From positions 364 to 64,363 of the forward strand of contig CANQCN010000001.1 of the NCBI GenBank assembly GCA_947589685.1: a stretch of DNA of 64,000 nucleotides. The letters are read 5' to 3'. This DNA is from an uncultured Clostridia bacterium. Lineage in GTDB: Bacteria; Bacillota; Clostridia; Christensenellales; CAG-314. This document shows, in pieces, positions 55,897 through 62,984 of this stretch. The first letter of the stretch is position 1; every line of letters begins with the position of its first letter. The translations under genes were made by a program, and so were the position numbers. The notes under the pieces were generated by a model that worked only from the letters and a program-made list of their open reading frames with translations, did no database searches and was not told where the DNA came from.

Positions 55897-58800
55897 TCAT
55901 ACCAACAATAGCAAAGTTATCAAAACCGCCGAGATTGCTAATATTAAGAGAAATTTCATTAGTTGCTTCCGTCAATTGTATTTCGGCGTCAATTATGCAA
56001 TCAAGTTTTCCCGACCAGACATCATCTGCCTTGTCTTTTTTGAAATCTACTCCGTTCACGGAGAATTGCACAGTTGTAGCCGTTGAATACGGAACGATCT
56101 TAAAGGTTATTTTCTTGATTTGGTGTTGTGTTGTAATTGCAATAGACGCATCGGCTGTCGCTGAACTGTAACCCAAACCCATTCCCGCAGCAGGAGTTAT
56201 AACGGACTTCAATCCCGTAACGGTGAATGCCGTGATTTCAGTTTGGTCCGGCGACCATTGGTTGATTGTGCTGATTATATCTCCCGATACAGGCTTTTGA
56301 TATAGCGAACTGAGCAATTTGTTGTCCATCTTTGCTGTGTCGATCCAATTAAGAATAACACTGTTTTCCGCTTGGTATTCCAATTTGATACCTACAATAG
56401 CAAAGTTGTCGAAATTACCAAGGTTAGTAATGTTAAATGAAAGATTACTACTTTCCGTCTCTAATTGAATTTCCGCATCAAAGGCACAGTCAAGTTTACC
56501 ATTCCAAGTATCATCACCTTTATCCTTTTTGAATTGAACACCATTTACGGCAAATTGTACCGTCGTTGCTGTCGAATACGGAACGATCTTAAAGGTTATT
56601 TTCTTGATTTGGTGTTGTGTTGTAATTGCAATAGACGCATCGGCTGTCGCTGAACTGTAACCCAAACCCATTCCCGCAGCAGGAGTTATAACGGACTTCA
56701 ATCCCGTAACGGTGAATGCCGTGATTTCAGTTTGGTCCGGCGACCATTGGTTGATTGTGCTGATTATATCTCCCGATACAGGCTTTTGATATAGCGAACT
56801 AAGCAATTTGTTGTTCATCTTTGCTGTGTCGATCCAAATATACTCGGCGATACCGCTGTCAACTTTCTGTTCTGTAACAGTTATTACACAAGCCTTGGAA
56901 GATGTAACTTCGCCCACTTTTGCGGTGATCTCCACGTCGCCGGCGGCAACGCCTGTTACAAGACCATTCTCGTCCACAGTCGCCTTGGTGTCGTCAGAAG
57001 AATCCCATTCCAAGCCTTCAAACGGAGCGTTTGCGGGGACGGGAGTCGCGTGAAGTTGAACGGTGTACTTGGCTTTCAGTTCGACGCCTTCCTCTGCTTC
57101 GGTAATGACGATATCCGTCAAAGCAGGGAATTCGCAAGATTTCATTTCACAAGGAGTTTGCGCTACATAAGCACTCGATTGTTTGTTTAACGGGGCGTAG
57201 ACTACCACTTCGCAACCGTCCAGCCACCCGTTCTCGTTCTTGGTTATACTACTAATCGTTGAGACACTGCCTACCCACAATTTTTTGTTATTGCTTCCGG
57301 CAAGATTTAACTCCCACGCTGTTCCACTCAGGCGGGTTTTCGACCCTTCCATAACAGTGCCTTTTATATAAAAGTTGTAGTTATCTCCGCCACCGTAGGT
57401 AAACGTGCCGCTTACATTGTCCATAACTGCCGCCATAGAGTTATACACTCTGTCCATCAAATCAATTGCTTCGTCAACGGTGAGCGCGTTTTCAATAGTG
57501 TCGCCCTTTATGTCTGTATTTATGGTGACGGAAACTTTCTTGTCAGTTCCTTTAGCCGTTGCGGTAATCGTAGTCGTTCCTTTCTTTCCCGCAAAAGTCA
57601 CAGTACCGTTTTGCACAGTGGCAACCTCTTGGTCGGAACTCGTCCACTCAACGTCTTGCGGAGCGTTGTTGGGTTTTACGCTTGCGACAAGACTTATTGT
57701 GTTGTTTTCAATGGGGAGCATAGGAACTTCACCCGCTCTGTTAAGTTCGACAGACTCAACTGTCGCCGCCTCGACCTTTTCGTAATGAATTACAACGGGG
57801 TTGTTTTGGAAGTAGTACGCAGTAGCGAGAGTGACCGCGCCGTCATACAAGTTATCAACCTGTCCATTGTAGTAGTTACCGCCGAGATAGCGTGTTTCGT
57901 CGGAATATGTCGCACAGAAAGTATTATATTCTTCACTCCATTTCCATTCAATTGCGTCACTGCTCGGAGTGTTTACAAGACGCATATTTTTATATGTGCC
58001 GCTGTTGAGATAAGCTTCGAGATATTTCTCGCCTATCTTCAAGGTGTATTTGCCATTTTCATAGAGAACGGTAAGTACCGCCACTTTTGCGTTGGAGTGA
58101 TTGACAATAAGACCACCCTTACTGCCTATATCTCCCGTCACATACCAGACAAGATTGTTTGTTTCATCTCTCAATACAATGTTGTAGTCGCCGGCTTCCA
58201 AACCTGCTTGTTGATGTCCTTGACACTTGTCAGCGCAGACGGGGTCGGTGCAGGTTGCGTCAAGACATTTGCCGCAAGTCGGGCATTTGTGTCCGCAAAC
58301 GTGTTGTTCGCTTTGAACGTATGTGCCGAGTACCGCTTTGTAGTTGTCAGCAATATGCTGTTCATAGTCGCCTCCGCTTACCGTCGTGAACGTTCCGTAT
58401 GTGCCGAGGAAATACAACTTGGAGTTCTCCGTCCACACAAACACGCCGTTTTCGGAGTCCCACGTCCAATGCTTGCCCTCGCTGCGAGAAGATTTGTAAA
58501 CAGCATTGATGTGTGTGTCTTTGAGTTCTATCTCGATGTAATTGCTTCCGCACTTCATCAGCCAGCCCTCGCCGTCGGCGATAAGCTCTACCTCTGCCGC
58601 GCTTGCAATGTCGGTCGTCGTTTCCATATAATAGCCGCTCATTGCGCCCGTGATGTAGTGGTAAGCGTTGTCGCCGCACTTCATTCCCATATAGTAGGTT
58701 CCCGCTTTGGGAGAAGTGAGGGGATAGAAGCCCGCTGCCATTGTGCTGTGTCCCGGACATTTTTCTGCGCACACGGGATCCGTGCAGGTACTATCCTTAC

Positions 58801-59377
58801 ATTTGCCGCAGGTGGGACATACGTGCTTGCAGATATGTTGTCCTTGCGCGGGAGCGTTGACCGTTACATATATCTCCGCCTTGACGGAGCTTGCAACGGT
58901 GCTTGTCACCGTAATCGTCGTCTTGCCCGAAGCTACCGCCGTGATCACGCCTTCGTTGTTTACCGTGGCTACCGCATTGTTCTCCGAAGTCCAGCTGACC
59001 GTTGCTATCGCGTTGCTCGGAACTATCTTCAACGTGGGCTTTGCGGATTGCTCGCCCACTTCCAACATCACCACCGACGGGCTTGCCGTGATGGATACGG
59101 GATTTACATCGCCGAGCTTTTCCGCTTTGGGTATTTCCAACGGCTTGCTCAATTCGTGCTTGCCCGCTTCGTCGGAAAATATCTTGTTGCACACAGAACA
59201 TTTCCAATAAGCCTCGTAACCCGCTTCCTCGGTCGTGGCTTCCTTGCCGGCTACTGCCGTAAGCTTGTGTCCGTTCTTTACGCATTCGCTTCTTTGGTCG
59301 CATGCGGCTACCGCAAATACGAACGTAAAGAGCATTGCCGTTACCAACAACAATGCGAACAGTTTTTTAGTTTTCAT
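55883..59377 (-). CDS. large multidomain cell-surface lipoprotein (Big_2 domains, Cys/His-rich knuckles, tandem C-terminal modules)
   Basis: 1164 aa. The signal peptide has a lipobox (FAVAAC). Three Big_2-like domains are present. The module HxCxHxCPTCGKCxDxTCTDPVCAxKCxGH occurs twice, each followed by a paralogous ~145-aa domain. Two tandem ~155-aa modules lie at the C-terminus. Confidence 0.85.
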   Translation of the reverse strand: MKTKKLFALLLVTAMLFTFVFAVAACDQRSECVKNGHKLTAVAGKEATTEEAGYEAYWKCSVCNKIFSDEAGKHELSKPLEIPKAEKLGDVNPVSITASPSVVMLEVGEQSAKPTLKIVPSNAIATVSWTSENNAVATVNNEGVITAVASGKTTITVTSTVASSVKAEIYVTVNAPAQGQHICKHVCPTCGKCKDSTCTDPVCAEKCPGHSTMAAGFYPLTSPKAGTYYMGMKCGDNAYHYITGAMSGYYMETTTDIASAAEVELIADGEGWLMKCGSNYIEIELKDTHINAVYKSSRSEGKHWTWDSENGVFVWTENSKLYFLGTYGTFTTVSGGDYEQHIADNYKAVLGTYVQSEQHVCGHKCPTCGKCLDATCTDPVCADKCQGHQQAGLEAGDYNIVLRDETNNLVWYVTGDIGSKGGLIVNHSNAKVAVLTVLYENGKYTLKIGEKYLEAYLNSGTYKNMRLVNTPSSDAIEWKWSEEYNTFCATYSDETRYLGGNYYNGQVDNLYDGAVTLATAYYFQNNPVVIHYEKVEAATVESVELNRAGEVPMLPIENNTISLVASVKPNNAPQDVEWTSSDQEVATVQNGTVTFAGKKGTTTITATAKGTDKKVSVTINTDIKGDTIENALTVDEAIDLMDRVYNSMAAVMDNVSGTFTYGGGDNYNFYIKGTVMEGSKTRLSGTAWELNLAGSNNKKLWVGSVSTISSITKNENGWLDGCEVVVYAPLNKQSSAYVAQTPCEMKSCEFPALTDIVITEAEEGVELKAKYTVQLHATPVPANAPFEGLEWDSSDDTKATVDENGLVTGVAAGDVEITAKVGEVTSSKACVITVTEQKVDSGIAEYIWIDTAKMNNKLLSSLYQKPVSGDIISTINQWSPDQTEITAFTVTGLKSVITPAAGMGLGYSSATADASIAITTQHQIKKITFKIVPYSTATTVQFAVNGVQFKKDKGDDTWNGKLDCAFDAEIQLETESSNLSFNITNLGNFDNFAIVGIKLEYQAENSVILNWIDTAKMDNKLLSSLYQKPVSGDIISTINQWSPDQTEITAFTVTGLKSVITPAAGMGLGYSSATADASIAITTQHQIKKITFKIVPYSTATTVQFSVNGVDFKKDKADDVWSGKLDCIIDAEIQLTEATNEISLNISNLGGFDNFAIVGMTLVY
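55886..56863 (-). repeat. intragenic tandem repeat, 2 x 489 bp, with a 264-bp near-identical core
   Basis: 56085-56348 versus 56574-56837 show 2 mismatches in 264 nt by eye (offset 489). The remaining ~225 nt of each unit are clearly diverged. Confidence 0.85.
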
Positions 59378-59686
59378 CGTGTTTCTCCTTTATGTAGATT
59401 TTTCAAGACAAAAATAGACCGATTGTCTTGTTTCGGTATGTGGGTGAATTTCGTTACAAAGGACATTTAAGCATCGCTACCTCCCGTACTTACCTCAACA
59501 ACTCTGTTGAAGAGCGTTTTGCGGCGTATGCACCAGCATTTAACGCCGCTTTGAATAATTTTTTTGCAATTTACTACTCTATATGACAGTGGCTGTTCTT
59601 TATGACAACATAATACTGCTATTTTGAACAGTTGTCAAGTGTCAAATTGAAAATCAATCTATAATTAGTGGAACGAGGTGACAAAG

Positions 59687-60010
59687 ATGTTTACAGAACG
59701 TTTTGACGAATTGCTCAAAGAAACAAACACCACAAAGTCAAGAGTTGCCGCAAGCACGGGGATACCGCTTGAAACAATATGCAATTGGTTTAATCGCGGA
59801 AGTCAACCGACGGCGGACAAGCTTGTAAAAATTGCCGACTTTTTCGAAGTAAGCGTAGATTACCTTTTGGGTAGGACGTCGGATATAGGTATAGTTGAAA
59901 TAAACTGCGAACTCACCGAAGAACAAGAAGAATTGTTGAAAATATTCAATAAAATGTCCGCTCAACAACGATACACCTTGATAGGCTTTGCAAAAGGTTT
60001 GTCGGCGTAA
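59687..60010 (+). CDS. XRE-family HTH transcriptional regulator
   Basis: The ATG at 59687 (GAGGTG 6 nt upstream) is preferred over the GTG at 59678. HTH SRVAASTGIPLETICNWFNRGSQPT and DFFEVSVDYLLG. It is divergent from the lipoprotein gene. Confidence 0.85.
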   Translation: MFTERFDELLKETNTTKSRVAASTGIPLETICNWFNRGSQPTADKLVKIADFFEVSVDYLLGRTSDIGIVEINCELTEEQEELLKIFNKMSAQQRYTLIGFAKGLSA

Positions 60011-60021
60011 CGTAACAAATG

Positions 60022-60062
60022 CAAAAAAACAAAGGAGTCGACCCGTCAAGGTCGGCTCCTTT
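60022..60062 (-). terminator. rho-independent terminator after yebC (hairpin shared with the XRE gene)
   Basis: 13-bp stem AAAGGAGTCGACC / GGTCGGCTCCTTT. On the minus strand it is followed by GTTTTTTT. Confidence 0.65.
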
Positions 60063-60090
60063 GCCGTAAGTTGTAAAATTGCACAAAAAT

Positions 60091-60828
60091 TTACTCTTCT
60101 TCGTCGGGAAGCACCACGTTGTGATACACTTCCTGAACGTCGTCGTTGTCTTCGAGAGACTCCAACATCTTTTGGAAGCGAACAAGGTTGTCGCCGTCCA
60201 AAGTTATCATATTTTGCGGCAGCCACTCTATTTCCGCCGAGACGAGGTTGAGCCCCTTTTCCACCACGGCGTTGCGCACCGCGCCGAGAGCCGACGCGTC
60301 GCAAGTCATCTCCACCATGCCGTCGTCCAGCGACACGTCGTCCGCGCCGGATTCGATAGCCAATTCGAATGCGGAGTCGTCGTCGAGACCGACCGTGTTT
60401 TCCGCGATGACGATACCCTTGCGATCGAACATATAGCTTACGCTGTTGCTTGCGCCGAGGTTGCCGCCGTTTTTGTCAAAAGCGTGACGCACGTCGCCCG
60501 CGGTGCGGTTTTTGTTGTCGGTGAGGCACTCCACGATCACCGCGCTGCCGCCGACTCCGTATCCCTCGTAGGTGATCTCGACGTATTCCACCGCTGAAAG
60601 CTCGCCGCTGGCTTTTTTGATGCTGCGCTGAATGTTTTCGTTGGGCATATTGTTGGCTTTTGCCTTTTGAATGACGTCGTACAGCTTGCTGTTGGACGAC
60701 GGATCGGGGCCTCCCGCCTTGACCGCCACGGCGATCTCGCGACCTATCTTGGTAAATATCTGCGAACGCGCCGCGTCGCCTTTTGCCTTTTTATTTTTTA
60801 TGTTGTTCCATTTGCTGTGACCGGACAT
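60091..60828 (-). CDS. yebC: YebC/PmpR-family DNA-binding transcriptional regulator
   Basis: 245 aa. MSGHSKWNNIKNKKA N-terminus. Confidence 0.95.
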   Translation of the reverse strand: MSGHSKWNNIKNKKAKGDAARSQIFTKIGREIAVAVKAGGPDPSSNSKLYDVIQKAKANNMPNENIQRSIKKASGELSAVEYVEITYEGYGVGGSAVIVECLTDNKNRTAGDVRHAFDKNGGNLGASNSVSYMFDRKGIVIAENTVGLDDDSAFELAIESGADDVSLDDGMVEMTCDASALGAVRNAVVEKGLNLVSAEIEWLPQNMITLDGDNLVRFQKMLESLEDNDDVQEVYHNVVLPDEEE

Positions 60829-60840
60829 ATTTTCCTCCGT

Positions 60841-61617
60841 TTATTTGTTTTGTGTAAAAATTCGGTACATAATCACGCTGCCCGCGACTGCCGCGTTGAG
60901 CGATTCGAATTCGTTTGCCATAGGAAGCGCAACGGTTGCGTTCACGCGTTGACGCACAAAGTCGGACAGACCGTTGCCCTCGTTGCCCACGACAAGCGCC
61001 GCGGGAGAGGAAATGGACGTTTCAAACAGATCGCTGCCCGCCATATCCGCCGCCACCACCGTTACGCCGTCGAGCAAGCCGAAGATCTCTTGCGCGCTTG
61101 CTTCGTGCAATTTTATGCAAAAATGCGCCGACATCGCGCTTCGGATAACCTTTGGAGAATACAGATCGACGCAATCGGCGGCATATACATCGGAAAAGCC
61201 GCATGCCGCCGCCGTACGAATTAGCGTGCCGACATTGCCCGGATTCTGCAAGCCGTCCAACACCAGACAATTGCCCGCGGGTCCGAGAAGAGGTTGCTCC
61301 TTGCGCCGCACCACCGCGCATACGCCCTGACTGTTGACGGTGTCGCTGAGCTTGGCAAACGTCTTGCGCGACACGATCGCCGCTTGGGGAAAATCCTCGG
61401 CGCACGGGGAGTCCTCTCGCACGAAAACGCTTTCTATATCCGCGCCGTAGCGTATCGCGTCGCGAACAAGTCTTACGCCCTCGACAAGATACTTGTTTGC
61501 GGCTCGACGGTATTTTTTATCCGCAAGCTTGGCGGCTTCGGCGATCTTGGGATTGTCCTTAGAAGTGATCAACATACCGAAAACAGCAAAAAGAGCCTTT
61601 GAAGGCTCTGTTTGCAT
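60841..61617 (-). CDS. TrmH-family RNA 2'-O-methyltransferase (RlmB/YsgA-like)
   Basis: 258 aa. SpoU motifs (LDGLQNPGNVGTLIRTA, VVGNEGNGLS, IPMANEFESLNAAVA). The start is uncertain: ATG 61617 overlaps the rplT stop as TGATG, and an alternative ATG lies at 61575. Confidence 0.88.
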   Translation of the reverse strand: MQTEPSKALFAVFGMLITSKDNPKIAEAAKLADKKYRRAANKYLVEGVRLVRDAIRYGADIESVFVREDSPCAEDFPQAAIVSRKTFAKLSDTVNSQGVCAVVRRKEQPLLGPAGNCLVLDGLQNPGNVGTLIRTAAACGFSDVYAADCVDLYSPKVIRSAMSAHFCIKLHEASAQEIFGLLDGVTVVAADMAGSDLFETSISSPAALVVGNEGNGLSDFVRQRVNATVALPMANEFESLNAAVAGSVIMYRIFTQNK

Positions 61618-61970
61618 CAGTTGAGATGAGCTTTGGCAGCTTCGGCAATCTTGGCGAATGCCGCGGAGTCGCTGACTGCGATTTCAGCAAGAGACTTTCT
61701 GTTAAGCTCAATGTCTGCCGCCTTCAAGCCGTACATAAGTTTGCTGTAAGACAAACCGTTTGCGCGCGCCGCAGCGTTGATACGCGCTATCCAAAGGCTG
61801 CGCATATCGCGTTTTTTGAGACGTCTGCCGACATAAGCGTAATTGCCGCTCTTCATCACCGCTTGACGGGCAAGACGGTAGTTGGTGGATTTGAGACCAA
61901 AGTAACCTTTGGCGGCTCTGAGTATTTTTCTGCGTTTTTTAACTGCGTTTACACCGCGTTTGATTCTCAT
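61617..61970 (-). CDS. rplT: 50S ribosomal protein L20
   Basis: 117 aa. [17 protein letters not shown]. Confidence 0.97.
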   Translation of the reverse strand: MRIKRGVNAVKKRRKILRAAKGYFGLKSTNYRLARQAVMKSGNYAYVGRRLKKRDMRSLWIARINAAARANGLSYSKLMYGLKAADIELNRKSLAEIAVSDSAAFAKIAEAAKAHLN

Positions 61971-61986
61971 AACTTATATCCTCCTC

Positions 61987-62181
61987 TCAGTAAGGCAGCA
62001 TGCTCTTTACTGTTCCTTCCTGCGTTTTGTTGACGTAGGCAGTACTGCGCAAATTGCGAGTTCTCTTGGTGGTTTTTTTGCCGAGCTTGTGGTTTTTGTT
62101 GCATTGTGCGCGCTTTACCTTGCCGCTTTTTAACACGACAAATCTCTTTTTGGATGCGCTATGCGATTTTTGTTTAGGCAT
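61987..62181 (-). CDS. rpmI: 50S ribosomal protein L35
   Basis: 64 aa. MPKQKSHSASKKRF. Confidence 0.96.
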   Translation of the reverse strand: MPKQKSHSASKKRFVVLKSGKVKRAQCNKNHKLGKKTTKRTRNLRSTAYVNKTQEGTVKSMLPY

Positions 62182-62211
62182 GATATTTGTCCTCCGATTG
62201 AATTGATTGCA

Positions 62212-62718
62212 TTATTTGAGCGGAACGAGAAACATTGTGATGTTTCTGCCTTCCGTTACGGGCTGTTTGTCGATTTTGGATACATCGGCGAGTATTTCGG
62301 CGAATTTCTTCATCACTTCCACGCCTTGATTGGCATACGCTTGCTGTCTGCCGCGCATACGAATGGTCGCTTTTACTTTGTCGCCGTCTTTGAGAAATTT
62401 GCGCGCAATGTTGGCTTTTGTGTTGAGATCGCCTATATCTATCGTCATAGAAAGCCAAACTTCCTTGATCTCCATAGTCTTTTGATTGCGCTTCATTTCC
62501 TTTTCTTTTTTGTTTTGCTCGTACTTGTACTTGCTGTAATCCATCAGCTTGCACACGGGCGGTTGGGATGTGGGCGCGATCTTTACCAGGTCAAGACCTT
62601 GCTCGTCGGCAAGTTTTTGCCCTTCGTATGCGGACATAAGTCCGTATTGCTGCCCGTCGTTCCCGATCAATCTGATCTCCTTGTCTCGTATTTGACCGTT
62701 GATTTGAAGCTCTTTTAT
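62212..62718 (-). CDS. infC: translation initiation factor IF-3 (non-canonical ATA start proposed)
   Basis: ..KELQINGQIRDKEIRLIGNDGQQ..PPVCKLMDYSKYKYEQ. AGGAGGG lies 8 nt upstream of an in-frame ATA at 62718. The only upstream canonical start (TTG 62781) sits inside the leader hairpin. Confidence 0.9.
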   Translation of the reverse strand: MKELQINGQIRDKEIRLIGNDGQQYGLMSAYEGQKLADEQGLDLVKIAPTSQPPVCKLMDYSKYKYEQNKKEKEMKRNQKTMEIKEVWLSMTIDIGDLNTKANIARKFLKDGDKVKATIRMRGRQQAYANQGVEVMKKFAEILADVSKIDKQPVTEGRNITMFLVPLK

Positions 62719-62889
62719 AAGTGTACCCTCCTGAAACTTTCGTTTTGTTTGTATAAATGAGCCTAAAAAGTGCGGTATCAAACAGATACCGCACTTTCCA
62801 ATACGCGCCGAAATGACGCAATTTATCTTATCGGATTACCGACAAACGCAATTGTCTGTTCGGTGAGAACGGCAGTTCTGCTTGATTAC
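62719..62889 (-). promoter_or_regulatory. infC-rpmI-rplT 5' leader with terminator-type hairpin (L20-leader-like attenuator candidate)
   Basis: The leader is about 170 nt. It contains an 11-bp stem AGTGCGGTATC / GATACCGCACT (62769-62795) followed by TTTTT on the minus strand, upstream of the SD. Confidence 0.45.
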
Positions 62890-62895
62890 GTGATC

Positions 62896-62924
62896 ATTGT
62901 AGCAAAATTTCGCCGTATTGTCAA
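62896..62924 (-). promoter_or_regulatory. consensus sigma-70 promoter of the infC operon
   Basis: Minus strand reads TTGACA-17 nt-TACAAT. Confidence 0.6.
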
Positions 62925-62984
62925 ATGTTTTTTACAAAATAAACGCGCTGACGATCGAACGTCGATAAAAATGCCTCGACGAAC

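Noticed and set aside
56085-56837. The near-identical 264-bp repeat pair as a CRISPR array or as a DGR template/variable repeat pair.
   Set aside because: There are only two copies and they lie in frame inside a protein-coding gene, so it is not a CRISPR array. The two mismatches are not an adenine-specific pattern and no reverse transcriptase gene is in the window, so it is not a DGR.
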